Assembly (NCBI RefSeq): GCF_009914755.1
Contig: NC_060928.1
From: the human T2T-CHM13v2.0 reference genome, Homo sapiens
Strand: one strand, 5' to 3'
DNA length: 64,000 nt
Translations under genes and position numbers: made by a program
Notes under the pieces: generated by a model
What the model saw: the letters and a program-made list of their open reading frames with translations, nothing else
Databases searched by the model: none
What the model was told of the DNA's origin: nothing
Shown: in pieces, positions 39,100 to 53,005 of the stretch
How the letters are laid out: every line of letters starts with the position of its first letter
How positions within the stretch are numbered: the stretch's first letter is position 1

Positions 39100-39690
39100 T
39101 TATACAGAGCATTGGGTGCTGGAGATGAAAAAGTCAAGGCCCTTGTCCCTTAAAATGTGTTTTGTTTGGCACGACAAGAAAGAGATATAAATCAATAAGG
39201 GCAATAAAATGTTTTGCCTGCTTTGCTTGTGGTGTTTTCCATGGGACAGTGAGATCATAGCAAGGATAGCAGTAAGTTCTAATGGGGAAGTCATAAAAGG
39301 CTTCAAACAGGAGTGACACTGAACAGAATGTTTGGAATCAAGTAGATGTTTGCCAGGCAGACAGGGCGGGGAAGGGCAGGAAGGCCAAGGAGGCAGGGCC
39401 AGGTCTGGCATGTTTTGGGAACCAAAAGAAGTTTGGAATGGCAAGAAGTAAGACCTGCTAGCTAGGCAGGGACTGGATTATGATGGGCCTTGCAAGCCAT
39501 ACTGAACAATTCGTCTTTATCCTAGAAGTGGTGGGGAGTCAATGGAGGGTTTTAATCAGAGAATAAGAGGATTAAATTTGGGCTTTGATGAGATCACTCT
39601 GGCGGGTGTGTGTAATAGATTGGAGGGTGTGAAGCTGGCGGCAGGGAGTACAGTTAGGAAATGATTTCAGTTATCCAATTGAGAAATGTA
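39100..39690 (+). mobile_element. L2 remnant
   Basis: Purine-rich L2 motifs (GGGCCTTGCAAGCCATACTGA, CTTTATCCTAGAAGTGGTGGGGAGTCAATGGAGGGTTTTAA, GATCACTCTGGC). Confidence 0.7.
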
Positions 39691-39732
39691 AATCTCTCTC
39701 AGACTATTTTCCTGAACATAGTAAGTGATGTA

Positions 39733-42558
39733 TGGACATATCTTCAAAGAAGATATTGTGGGTTTGGTTCCAGACCACCGCAATAAAGTAAATATCACAA
39801 TAAAGCGAGCCACATAAACTTTTTGGTTTCCTAATGCATATGAAAGCTATGTTTACATTGTACTGTAATCGGTTAAGTGTACAGTAGCATTATATATGTT
39901 AAAAAACCAATGTATAAACTTCGTGAAAAGATACTGTATTTTTAAAAAATGCTAATGATCATCTGAGCCTTTAGTGAGTCGTAATTGTTCTGCTAGTATA
40001 GGATCTTGCCTCAGTGGATGGCTGCTGACTGATGAAAGTGGTGGTTGTTGAAGGTTAGGGTTGCTGCGGCAATTTCTTAAAATAAGACAACAGTGAAATT
40101 TGCGGCATCAGTTGACTTATCCTATCACGAAAGATTTCTCTGTAGCATGAGATGCCATTTGATAGCATTTTACCTACAGTAGAACATTTTTCAAAATTAG
40201 AGGCAAACTCTTCAAACCCTCCTGCTGCTTTATTAACTAAGTTTATGTAATATTCTAAATCCTTTGTGGCCATTTCAACAATACATATAGCATCTTCACC
40301 AGCTGTAGATTCTATCTCAAGAAATCACTTTCTTTGTTCTTCCCTAAGAAGCAGCTCCTCATCTGTTTAAGTTTTATCATCAGATTGTAGCAAGTCAGTC
40401 ACATCTTCACGCTTCACTTCAAATTCTAGTTCTCTTTCTATTTTTGTCCCATCTGCAGTTACTTCTTCCACTGAAGGTTTGAACCCCCTCAAAGTCATCA
40501 TGAGGGTTGGAGTCAACTTCTTCCAAACTCTTAGTAGTGTTAATATTTTGACTTCCTCCCATGAATCACAAATACTCTTGATGGCATCTAGAATTGTCAG
40601 TTATTTCCAGAAGGTTTTCTTTCTTTCTTTTTCTTTTTTTCTTTCTTTCTTTCTCTTTTTCTTTCTTTCTTTTTCTTTCTTTCTTTCTTCCTTCCTTCCT
40701 TCCTTCCTTCCTTCCTTTCTTTCTTCCTTTCTTCCTTTCTTTCTTTCTTTTTTTTTGACTGGGACCTACTCTGTCACCCAGGCTGGAGTACGGTGGTATA
40801 GTCATGGCTCCCTGCAGCCTTGATCTCCTGGAATCAAGTGTTCCTCCCACCTCAGCCTCCTGAATAGCTGAGACTACAGGTATGCACCACCACACCCAGC
40901 TATTTTAAAAATTTTTTGTAGAGACAGGGTCTCACTATGTTACCCAGTCTGGCCTTGAACTCCTGGGCTCAAGCCATCCTTCTGCCTTGGCTTCCCAAAA
41001 TTTTGGAATTACAGGCATAAGTTACCATGCCCAGCCTCCAGAAGGTTTTCAATTTACTTTACCCAGATCCATTGGAGGAATTACTATCTATGGCAGCTAT
41101 ACCCTTACAAAATACATTTCTTAAATCTTAAGACTTAAAGTAGAAATTACTTCTTGAACCATCGGCTGCAAAATGGATGTTGTGTTAGCAGGCATGAAAA
41201 TGTTAACCTTGTACCTCTCCATCAAAGCTCTTGAGTGACTAGCTATGTTGCTAGCCAACAGTATTCTTTTGAAAGGGATGTTTTTTTTGAGCAGTAGTCT
41301 CAAAAGTGGGTTTAAAATATTCAGTAAACCACGATGTAAACAGATGTGCTGTCATCCAGGCTTTGTTATTCCATTGATAGGGCACAGGCAGAGTAGATTT
41401 AGCATAATTCTTAAGGCCCTGGGATTTTCAGAATGGTAAATGAGCATTGGCTTCCACTTAAAGTCGCCAGCTGCATTAGCCTCTAACAAGAGAGTCAGCC
41501 TGTCCTTTGAAGCTTTGAAGACATGCGTTGACTTCTCCTCTCTAGCTGTGAAAATCCTAGATGGCATCTTCTTCCAAGAAAAGGCTGTTTTGTCCACATT
41601 GAAAATCTGTTGTTAGTGTAGCTACCTTCATCAGTGATCTTAGCTAGATCTTCTAGATAACTTGCGCTAGCTTCTACATCAGCACTGTCTGTGTTACCTT
41701 GCATGTTTATGTTATGGAGATGGCTTGTTTTGTTAAACCTCATGAACCAAGCTCTGCTAGCCTCCAACTTTTCTTCTGTAGCTTCCTTACCTCTCTCAGC
41801 CTTCATAGAACTGAAGAGTTAGGGCCTTGTCTTGTATTTGGCTTTGGCATGAGGGAATGTTGTGGCTGTTTGGATCTTCTATCCAGACCACTCAAACTTT
41901 CTCCATATCAGCAATAAGGCTGTTTTGTTTTCTTATCATTCTTGTGTTCACTGGAGTAGAACTTTTCATTTTCTTCAAGAATTCTTCTTTTGCAGTCACA
42001 ACGTGGCTGTTTGTGGCAAGAGGCCTAGCTTTTGACCTATCTCGGCTTTCAACATGCCTTCTCCACTAGGCTTAATCATTTCTAGATTTTGATTTAAAGT
42101 GAAAGACAATGAGACTCTTCCTTTCACTTGAACACTGAGAGGCCATTGTAGGTTTACTAATTGGCCTAACTTTAATATTGTTGTGTCTTAGGGAACAGGG
42201 AGGCCCTAAGAGTGGTGGAGACAGGGGAACATTCGTCAGTGGAGCAGTCAGAACACACACGTTTATTAAGTTTGCTGTCTTATATGGGTGTAGTTTGTGG
42301 TCCCTCAAAACAATTACAGTGGTAACATCAAAGATTACTGATCACAGATCACCATAATACATGTAATAATAATGAAAAAGTTTGAAATATTGCGACAATT
42401 ACCCAAATGTGAGACAGACATGAAATGAACACATGCTATTTGAAAAAGGTCACTGATAGACTTGCTCGATGCAGGATTTCCACGAAACTTTAATTTTTAA
42501 AAATCATAGTATCTGTGAAGAGCAATAATGCAAATCACAGTAAAACAAGGCATGCCTG
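39733..42558 (-). mobile_element. Tigger1 (pogo-like) DNA transposon fossil, essentially full length, with one Alu insertion
   Basis: Both ends are flanked by TA (39731-32, 42559-60); right end ...AAGGCATGCCTG. About 2.4 kb after removing the Alu. Transposase remnants: MASQCSSERKS (ATG 42146), [55 protein letters not shown]. Confidence 0.95.
40620..41036 (-). mobile_element. AluJ-like inserted in Tigger1; tail converted to (TTTC)n/(TTCC)n
   Basis: 14-bp TSD TCCAGAAGGTTTTC at 40606-40619 and 41037-41050. Confidence 0.95.
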
Positions 42559-43656
42559 TATATGTGCAAGAATGGAAGGGTCTCCATTTTATTAAGTGAA
42601 ATAAGGAAACTATTGAATAATGCTGAAAATATTAGTCCATTTATGAAAATGCACACACACCAACACAAGATATATACTTGTGTAGTAAATAGGAAGACTG
42701 AGATCTGAAAAGGATGTATACCTAACTGCTAACAAGTGCTTACAGCTTTAGAGAAAGGAATGGGATTAAAAGAGACGAGATCAAGGGGAATGGTCACTTC
42801 TTTACCTATGTATTTGTGAATTTTTTAAAAGAATGTATCCATGTATTATTTATGCAAAATTTTCTGAGAAGAATGAATGGGAAGTGAGGAAGTGGATGCA
42901 GATGTTGAATACTTTTCTCTGAGGTGCATGAATGTGAAGGGAAGGAGAGAGATAGGATAGCAGCCAGAAGAAGTTCCTGTTTCGGGAAACACTTGTGGAC
43001 TGGGGTTTTTTGCCGTCAGTCACACGATGGATGCACGGGTGGGCTGTGGAGCACTCCTGGGAAGGGGGCATGGTCAGGCCTGTGCCCGCGCATTACAAGG
43101 GGCGCATTCCTCACTCATTCATCTGCCCCTTGGCTTATTTCTTTTCAAGTCCCACACAGAGAAGCAAGGCCTTGATCATTATCAGCACAACTGCTTTACT
43201 TTCCTTCAGGAAATGATACTTAATTAGTATTTGAAAGCAGTACATTATCTTGAATTCACTGTCTATTCTAAGGCAAAGCACACCAAAAATCTAAAATCAA
43301 ATATATTCTCCATGATGTATTTACTTTTCTAAGGTGAGAGAATTATAACCGTATTCTTTGGGAATGTCCTCTTATACTCACGGAACAATGACTTGGGAGA
43401 GACAGGAAAGGCCTGGATCAGAACACAGAGGACTAGATTAAGCTTAATGGAAGCTAGGAGTCTGTGGAGTGGGAGTGCTACAGGTGTATCTTGGACTGAC
43501 CCCATGGACTGGGTTTGGTCTATGAGCAGCAGTATTCACTGGAAGTCAACCTGGCTTTGGAGTCTCATCACAGAGGATGACCTTGCTATGTGGAATAGGC
43601 TGCCTGGGGCTGGGACTGATGACCTGATGACCTAGCAACTCGATTTTTAGGAGGCT

Positions 43657-43703
43657 TGTTTCAGTCTGGGCTTTCCAGAGAAACTGAATGAATAGGAGAT
43701 CAC

Positions 43704-43742
<39 letters not shown>

Positions 43743-44131
43743 GTCTATCTAATCTATCTATCTACCTACCTACCTAGAGGGATTTATTTTAAGGAATTGG
43801 CTCATGTGATTACAGAGGCTGGCAAGTCCAAGTCCAGGCCAGCAGTCTGGAGACCCAGGGCAAAGCTAATGTTGTGGTTCAAGACCAAAGGCCGTCTGCT
43901 GGCTGAATTCCTTCTTGCTGGAGGAAAGCAGCCTTTTGTTCTATTCAGGCCTTCAACTGATTTGATGTGGGCCCCCCACAATATGGAGGGCAATCTACTC
44001 TACTCAAAGTCCACTGATTCAAATGTAAATTTCATTCTAAAACACCCTTACAGAATCATCCAGAATAATGTTTGACCTAATAGCTGGGCACTATGGCCCA
44101 GCCAAGCTGACACATAAAATTAACCATCACA
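43657..44131. mobile_element. ERVL LTR (MLT2-family) containing (TCTA)n
   Basis: TG...CA ends; 5-bp TSD AGGCT/AGGCA; GGAATTGGCTCATGTGATT, GGCCTTCAACTGATT, GACACATAAAATTAACCATCACA. Confidence 0.9.
43705..43776. repeat. (TCTA)n/(CCTA)n tetranucleotide STR
   Basis: Direct reading. Confidence 0.95.
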
Positions 44132-45295
44132 AGGCATTTGTTGACATAAACCCTAGACTGGCCTGACTGTCCAAAGAGGGTGGTGAATAAGCCCTGGCTT
44201 GGGTAAGACCAACTTATTCACTATGATGCCCCAAGGACACGGGTCAGAGACTTCCTAACAGAGGTACTAGACTGGCCTCCTGTTGACACTGAGAGGTTCA
44301 GTTTTGCTTTGAGCCTCAGCTCAACACTGAGACCCTAAGGAGTCTCCTTCTTCCATGGCTAGTGCCTTCCAGGGGCACATGGAGTCCAGGTTCTTTCTTC
44401 TGGTTTCTCTTGTCTTTCCCCTGAGGTGTGTGGGTTAGTTTTTCTTCTTCAGGATTTCTGAAAATAGGAATAATAATCTTATTCCAGAAGAAAGGACATA
44501 ATTATGTTAAACAAAAAGGGAACATTCCCAACTTGATCACAGTGATCGTGATGTGGAGATGTTGTGGGCTGCTGTTGCCTGTATTCTGGAGACTTGTGGT
44601 CACAGCAGTAAACAATTGCTGCTGGGCCTGTTGTCTGTCAGCTGCCATCTGCTCCAAAGCACCCCCTACTCTTCGCTTGTCCCTTTAGTTGACCTGGGCC
44701 TCAGAGCCTGTTTCTGAGGATATGGGCCACAGAGGGGAATTGAGGCTGCAGGCTGATTACATAGCACTGGTGGTAGTTTCTTTTAAAGTCATGTTCTGAT
44801 CTGTGGTTGCAAATGTCTGCTGCTTCTGTCAGAGCATTATTCCCCTTTCATGTGGAAGAAAACTGCCATTGATTAGAAGCAGGAGTATCATCGTCAGTAG
44901 AAGCACTTGTGCTTTAGGTTCTTTGAGCCTCATGAGAGGTCCAAGATGACACTGAAGTAAAGGAAGGTGGATACCAGATGCCTTGGCTACTTTTTAGAAT
45001 ACATCACTGGCACTGCTAGGAGAGAGCTGGGATTCATGAGAGTGGGATTAGGTGCTGGGCCAGGAGCAGAGAGTGTTCTTTGTACTGTGGATCTCCCTTA
45101 CTTGCTTCCTGGACAACTGGCTCTTCCGGACTGGGTCTCTTGGTCTATCCTTGTGTCCTTAGGGGCAAGGTGCTTCTCCACTTTGAAGCTAAAACACCAT
45201 ATCAGAATCCTACCAAATACATAGACATTTTAACATGCAGCAAAACAATAAAATCTCTTTGGTGGCTTAGTTGCTATAGAAAAAGACAAATGTTC

Positions 45296-45706
45296 CCAAC
45301 CAAAGTGCCCATCAATGATAGACTAGATAAAGAAAATGTGGCACATACATACCATGGAATACTATGCAGCCACAAAAAGGATGAGTTCATGTCCTTTGCA
45401 GGGAAATGGATGAAGCTGGAAACCATCATTCTCAGCAAACTAACACAAGAACAGAAAACCAAACACCACATGTTCTCAGTCATGAGTGGGAGTTGAACAA
45501 TGAGAACACATGGACACAGGGAAGGGAACATCACACACCAGGGCCTGTCAGGGGGTGGGGGGCTAGGGGAGGGATAGCATTAGGAGAAATACCTAATGTA
45601 GATGACGGGTTGATGGGTGCAGCAAACCACCATGGCACGTGTATACCTGTGTAACAAACCTGCACGTTCTGCACATGTATCCCAGAACTTAAAGTAAAAT
45701 AAAAAA
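45296..45706 (+). mobile_element. 5'-truncated L1PA 3' end
   Basis: ORF2 tail (DEFMSFAGKWMKLETIILSKLTQEQKTKHHMFS), G-rich 3'UTR, A tail; 16-bp TSD AAAAAGACAAATGTTC at 45280-45295 and 45707-45722. Confidence 0.95.
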
Positions 45707-46079
45707 AAAAAGACAAATGTTCTACTAAATGGTGAGCTTAGCTTGGCTAGCACAGTGTGGGTAGATACATTTTAAGGTATAGGAACATTGAGGGACTTCA
45801 TGTCTGTGATATTCAGTAATTTCTTTGAAGTAGGAGGGAATGCTGTCTCTGAGAGAGTTGTGACTGCTGGCTGGGTAGCCTTAGAGCATGGTGTAGAGAA
45901 TAGGAAAGGAAATTAACCAGGGATATGCCCAAGTGGCTAACACTTGCTGAGGGCCCACTTGAGGCTGGAGACCTCATATTGCTAATAACACCAGTTTGGA
46001 TGAATGTATCATTTCCAGAACATTGTGTATGTTGAACATTGTGTATGTTCAACAATGTATGTTCAAGAATGCAGAAGCT

Positions 46080-46383
46080 GGCTGGGCGCGGTGGCTCACG
46101 CCTGTAATCCCAGCAATTTGGGAGGCCAAGGTGGGTGGATTGCTTGAGCTCAGGAGTTTGAGACCAGCCTGGGCAACATGGCAAAACCTCATCTCTACTA
46201 AAAATACAAAAATTAGCTGGATGCAGTGGCACATGCCTGTAATCTCAGCTACTTGGGAGACTCAGGCACAAAAATTGCTTGAACCTGGGAGGCGGAGGTT
46301 GCAGTGAGCCAAGATTGCACCACTGCACTCCATCCTGGGCAACAAAGTGAGACTCTGTCTCAAAAAAAAAAAGAAAAAAAAAA
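46080..46383 (+). mobile_element. Alu
   Basis: Full dimer with A tail. Confidence 0.95.
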
Positions 46384-47909
46384 GATACAGTAAAAGTTGT
46401 GAGTTGAGCAAAATGTTATATATTTGTTTCTGGTCTTGGAACAATGTACTTGGGAGGGCCAGACTCCTTTCTCTGCCTGAGATAAGAGATTTCGATTCAG
46501 AGCATCTTAAACAGAATTAATTTCTGTGCCTTAAACTTTTCCTTATTCTTCCAGAAATAACATTGAGCGATGGTGGATGACTTTATAGATGTCTGATTTT
46601 TTTCTTCTCTTACATAGCCTCATATATTTTTTGGAGGAAGCAGAAAGAAAAAAATTAAGTCATGGGAGCAGACAGGATAAGGGAAGTAGAAAGTAGAAGA
46701 GGGAAAGGAAGAAAGAGAAAAAAACAAAAACAAAATAAAGTGAGAACAAGCAAGAGAAGATTTAGGTTGAAACAGACATTCATATTCAAAACTCCCAAGT
46801 AGCTAGTTGTATGGGACTCTTAGCGCTCTCTTCAGAGAGCGGTTCCAAATCTCACAAGAAGAAGGGAGCAAAAAAACCAACATGACCAGTTTTTTGTGGC
46901 ACAGGGGAAGGAAACACATTCAATAGTTGTGATTTTAGGCTTCTTTTTTGGGATGGAAGTGTCAGTACTGGAGCCAGAAACTATTTCCTTTACTACCTGT
47001 GTACTTGCTTTTATGACGCTTAGAAAATGTATACACTATAGCTATTAACTATGTCTTTTTAGTGTAAGAAATAAGAACACATAGTATAAGAAGACTTTCT
47101 TTGGGGAGAGAAGACTTCTTGGTATTTTCATCCATTCCCCTACTTCCCCCGCTCCCCCATCCTTGCATCCAACCAATTGCTTGGATCAAAGCACAATTTT
47201 AGTATTATTTCAACCTGCTATGTCTTGTTGGATGGCAAATGAAGAGATAACAGAGTGGCATGCTTCAAAGGGGCAGTGTGGTTCAGCATTCAGCAAAAGA
47301 AGAGGATTAGGACTGCTGATCTTGACCCTAGATTGCTGGGTAACTTTAAGGCAAAACAATTTACCAACCTGTGACCCAGATTTCTTATCTTTAGCAGAGA
47401 AGTCCAGACTAGATGATTTCTCAGGGCCAAATTTTAAGGATTTTTGACTCAAATTCTGCTGGAGGTTCAGTTTTTGGGGAAGGCTGATAATATCATTAGA
47501 AGTAGGTATGGCCAATAGAAAAGAGTATAATCCCAGAAAAGAGGGTACTTCACACCAGCTCTGTCACTGGAGATGGTCAGAGACTGTTTAACAACCCTTT
47601 GATCCTAAAGCAAATAGGCATGTGAAGCTAAATTCTGTTAGCCGAAATATGGCTTAAATGTGGCTCTAGTAGATAGTGTTGTGAGTTTTAAAGTATATAG
47701 ATAGAATGACAAGCAGGAACTGACTGTCTAAATAGGGGCTAGAATTGATTTCTTAGCTAGAATGTGTTGAACAGCTATTATTAAAAGTAGAGAAAATGCA
47801 AAAGTGCAATCATGTGGCTTTTCTTCCTGGCCCTAACCCTAGCCTCAGCCCTTTCTTTCTTTCTTCTCATTTCTCTGGTGAGCTCATTCTCACAGTTTCA
47901 TCTTTCACA

Positions 47910-48130
47910 TATGTGCAGGTAACAGGTAGACTTGGGTTTATGTCTCAGCTGTGCCTTACTAATTCTATGCTCTTGGGTAAGTTAATTTATTTAAATATTA
48001 GTTTCCTCATCTATTATATAGGGATACTAGCTGATAATAGCTACTATGTTGGTATTGTTGTGATGATTAACATGATAATATAGGCAGTGTGTTTAGGATA
48101 GTACTGTCAAATAATAAGTAACCATTTTAC
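47910..48130 (+). mobile_element. MIR remnant
   Basis: AGACTTGGGTTTATGTCTCAGCTGTGCCTTACTAA...TTGGGTAAGTTAATT...AGTTTCCTCATCTAT. Confidence 0.65.
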
Positions 48131-48179
48131 TGTTATTTATTATTCCTAAATCTCTCAAAGCTTATATCTTATCTGTCCT

Positions 48180-48670
48180 CCACTGCTTCAGTTGTCTATT
48201 GCTGTGTAACAAACATCTCAAAGCTGTGTGGTCTAAAATAGTGATTTTATATTTTATGATTCTGTGGGTTGGCCTGGGTGCAACTGCATAGTTCCCCTGG
48301 TATAATTTAGAATGTGTCATGCAGCTGCAGTCAAGTGGTCACGGGGACAAGAATATCTGAAATGGCTTTACTTACATGTCCAATACCTTAGCAGGGATAA
48401 CTGGAATCCTAATGATATCTTTCTCCAGGTGCTGTCTCTCTCAGGTTAGCTTGGGCTTTTTCAGTGGCTGGATCTCAAGAGGAAAGGGTTCCAAGAGAGC
48501 AAGCTCCATTGTGTAAGCCGCTGTTTGCATCCTGTTTGCTAATATCAAAATTGCCAATGTCACATCAGTCAACATGTCTAGGACTAGATTCAGTTTGGGA
48601 AGAGCTACAGAAGATATAAATATCAGGTGGTGTGGTACATTGGAGCCACCAAAATAAGTCTGCCATCAGA
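48180..48670. mobile_element. Old MaLR LTR (MLT1H-J-like)
   Basis: TCTATTGCTGTGTAACAAACATCTCAAA, ATGATTCTGTGGGTTGGCCTGGG, CATGCAGCTGCAGTCA. Confidence 0.7.
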
Positions 48671-49116
48671 TAAACAATTAATTCCTCGCTTTTATGAGCA
48701 TGGAATTGGTGCTAGATCATAAACTGACTATCCTCATTTTACCAACTTTCCCTTAATTGTTTTCTGTGTCAGTTTTTCATATTTCCAAGTTGAAACCCCC
48801 TAAACACAACATTTTTTTCCACTGCTCATTTTTTACCAAAATTCAAACTTCATGAAACCCTGGCATTTCATCCTTTGCCTTCCATCCTCATGGCCACCAT
48901 CAAAGTCCACATCTTTATTATCTTACATGTGAACAGCTGTAATAACCTTTCCAGTTATTAATTCTTTAAACACCACTTTTAGCCTGATGCATTTCTTTTC
49001 AAGAACCTACGGTATGTTTATAGTCCAGATTGCATTAAACCTAACCTTTCTGTTATAGGGCCCTTTTCTGAGGCCCTTATTTATCTTGCTCTGCACCATT
49101 TATATAACTATTTTCT

Positions 49117-49430
<314 letters not shown>

Positions 49431-52400
49431 CTATTTTTTACTATTGTATGCCCTCCACCCTCCAGAATCAGAGTGTGATGAGGCAAGTTATTTAATAAGA
49501 GAGTTTTAAGTTCATGTATATTATAAATATCTTAACACACAGAGGGGAACAGAGGAGACAATGCTGAGGTAGAGTAAAAACCCTGAAGACAAGATGTAAG
49601 GAGGAAGGGATTTTGTTGTTGCTATTTGTACTTTTGAGAATTAGGAAGGAGGGAAAAGGGGAATCAGGAAATATTTCAGGGAGTTAGAAATTAGATCCCC
49701 TTCACGGAATTCCCCAATATTTAAACATCTTGAACTGTCTTTTGTTCACCACACTACTCCTGCTGCACTTGGGTTACGCATCCATACCCACGTGGTCTGT
49801 TTTTGTAGTTGTTACTGGAATGGTGCGAGGGTGTATATACTAATGCTGTGCTTGATACTCAATGAGTGCTTCATAAATGCTTGCTGGATGAAGAATATAA
49901 GCAAAACTTACCTAATTCCTTATCTTTTATAAACTAAAATGGACAATATTGATAGGAGTTAAATGAAAGAATGAACGTTCTTATATATTAAATGGAGAGA
50001 GATGCAGAATGCAGTTTTGTTAATTATCTTCACTATTAAAAATAGACATTTGTAAAGCATCAGTATATGTGCTGTATTTGCTGCGTCTAGAGAGGAGCTG
50101 GGATGGATGAAGGCTTAGCTGGTTATACTGCACAATGAGAGTACCTGTTTCTTCTGTAGATAGAGCATAGAAGATATACTAGGAACATGGGGAAAAGCCA
50201 TTATATATTTTCTTTTTTAGATCTGCAAGCCTTTTGGATGTGAGAAGATTTTTTAAAAGGACATTAAAAAATAGCTTCTTTTTCACATAAGGATACAATA
50301 TTTTAAAGTAGTAAACATAGAAAGGCATTCGCCTACAGAATTCTAATGAGCATATTCGTTATTCACTGATACTCTTTTGATGGCTGTGCATTTCCTTTCC
50401 AAAAACACAATATTTTTGTGAAACCAGTGGTAGTATTCGACCCTGGCAATCAAGATTGTGTAAGGAAATGGTAAACATTTTTTGGAGAAGAGTCTCCCGC
50501 ACCTCACAGGCTTTTAACAACAATTTCAAATAGCATATTTTAAAGAACTCAGCTCTGGAGTCTGCCTAATTATTAACTTCTACTTAGAGGCAGCTGCATT
50601 CTTGAGGGTGGAGCCATGATCTTCTTTTACTGTGATCCTGTTTTATTCCTTTAAATACTCAGCACAGCTGAAGAAGAGGTCCTGTTTTCTTACTGAAGAC
50701 TTTCAGGCAAAGGAGCCGTTTCCAACTTCCTACTAAGTCCACCCAGCATATGTCATGCAGGGGATGCGGGGAAGAATTTTCCTTGCAAGGGCCTTCTCAG
50801 AAGTTTTGGAGATGGGCCTTGAGCTCTTGGCTGGAAGCGTGGTTTTCCAAAGTGGAGGCTGCAGTAATGCTCGTCATTGATTGAGAGACGTGCTGCCGGG
50901 GCTATTTTCATGGGAGTCAAATAAAACTCTCTTGTCTTAAGCCTGCTTTGAAAGGTGTTTTCCTAATGATTTTACAGTCAAATAGAATGACTGTGTGGGA
51001 GAGTGTATTAAATAACTGGAACACTCTGGGCAGCTTCCCTTCCCCACCCTGTGCCCCTACTTGCCTTTCCCCCAAAGCTCCTCCTCCTCCGGGCACACAC
51101 ATGCCGCTCTGTTTTCTGTTCTGGAGCTGCCTGAATTGTGTGATTTTTGTGGATGAATGTGAACTCTTTAATCCAGAAAGAGGTGCCAGGAACACAAACA
51201 GCCCGGCTAATTGGCATTCACCCCTAGGGAAAGTAACATGGCCAACAAGCTGGTTGCATTATCTCCATGAGGCACTTACTTAATTAACTTTGAGGAGAAA
51301 CCTCAAGCTCTCTCAAATCACCCAAGAAGCATTTCGAAAAGGAAGAATTTGCCAAGAAAAGGCTATATTCAGGAGGTGTTCCATCTCTTGAGTATGTTGG
51401 ATTAGTTGCAGAAATACTTACTTAAGGCAGCTTATATTTTTGTTTAATCTCTTTCTGAGCTGCTTATGATTTCAGCGTACTGAGAGGAATTTTCAAGAAT
51501 TGATTTATATTGAAGAACTCACATTTCAAAATATCAGCAGTTTTGTTGAAGTATTTCTCAGTTGTTTTTGTGAAAGTATTGCCAACCCTGACTGAAGGTC
51601 TGACTTCCAACAACTTGTTCCATATGAAGATACTGACTTCCTCAAAGGCCTGTCTGCTGCTGCCTCCTCAGACAACAGAGCAGGTTGTCTAAACCATGGC
51701 ACTTCCACCTCCAGCTTTGGAAGGCCTCTGCTAGAAGACATTTTCTCATAAGTAGTGCAGATGGTGCCCTAGGAGCTGATGAGCTTCCTGTTTATTCAGT
51801 AAGCGTTGCAGGAAATACAAAGAAATGTCAGGTGACCAAATGTTCTGGGGTCACCAGAGAAGTTCTTAACATTCCCTTACTAATGGAAATGAGAAAAATC
51901 TGTAGATTTTCAGCTATCTGAGGAACAATTTTTGTCTTTAAATAATCCTCTCCCCTCTTCTAATTACTAAAAGTGCAACCAACAGGTAGCAAAAGTGATA
52001 TTTGAGCTTCATCCTTCTTTTCTTCTGTCCCCGTACCCTCACCTTCTAGTGAAATTACTCAGAGACTATGAAGAATAGGGATTGGAAGAAATTGAGAGCT
52101 CATGGTGGCAGGATAGCCCACAGACCATATGTGTCTCTGAATAAGGGAGAATTTGATAAGTAGAATAAGCCATCAGAAAAAAAAATTTTCAAATAGTGAT
52201 TCCTCTTCAAAACATTTTACATATTTTCTCTAATATAATTATTAGAATAAAATCATTGAAATTTAGTATTAATTGAAACCTCTCATCAGATTTTTATATT
52301 GTGTTACATTGTGTTATATTGTGTTCAAGACACAATATTCATTTGGCTTTAAGAGACTGCACTAGAATGTAAAATCCACAAGAGCAGAGACAGTGTCTGG

Positions 52401-52724
52401 TTCCTTTCAGTGCTTTATCCCTTGTACCTGAATGGGACCTAGTTCAGGTACTCAGTCAACAATGAATTGTAAAATGAAAAAATCTAAATACAGTGGAGGC
52501 TATTTGGTCTGCGGGCTCTTCTGCCCTTGGGTTCTCAATTTCTTCCATTTTCTGTTCTAACATGGAAATGGAAGTTACACTAAAAGTAATATTTAAAGGA
52601 ATCTTATTTATATTGCTTAGCTTCTTTCTCTCAAGTAATTTCTAGATCTTAAAGCACAGATTTAAAATATTAATTATTAAGCTAGAAGTAGAGACTTTGA
52701 ACTAGTTGGCTGGTATTTTCTAAA

Positions 52725-53005
52725 TTAAATTTTAAAATTTTGAGATAATTATAGATTCATTCACATGCAGTTGTAAAAAGATAATACAGGCAGATTCCTT
52801 GTACTCTTTACCCAATTTTCCCCCATTGTAACATCTTGTGAAACAGTAGTACAGTATCATAACCCAGATATTGACATTGATTCATTCAAGATACAGAGCA
52901 TTTCCATCATCACGGTGATTCCTCAGGTTGCCCTTTTATAGGTGCACTCACTCCCTCAGCCCCACCTTGGGAAACTACCCATCTGTTCTCCATTTCTATA
53001 ATTTT
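52725..53005 (-). mobile_element. L1MC-like 3' end
   Basis: TTTTGAGATAATTATAGATTCA..CACATGCAGTTGTAA...TAACATCTTG...GATATTGACATTGA. Confidence 0.75.

Noticed and set aside
40566-40895. Lys/Arg/Glu-rich ORF and complementary Phe/Leu/Ser-rich ORF
   Set aside because: Translation of the Alu-tail microsatellite.
46018-46066. Short tandem GAACATTGTGTATGTT repeats; similar micro-duplications near 29660, 52300 and 60550
   Set aside because: Ordinary slippage duplications of 10-16 bp with no further structure.
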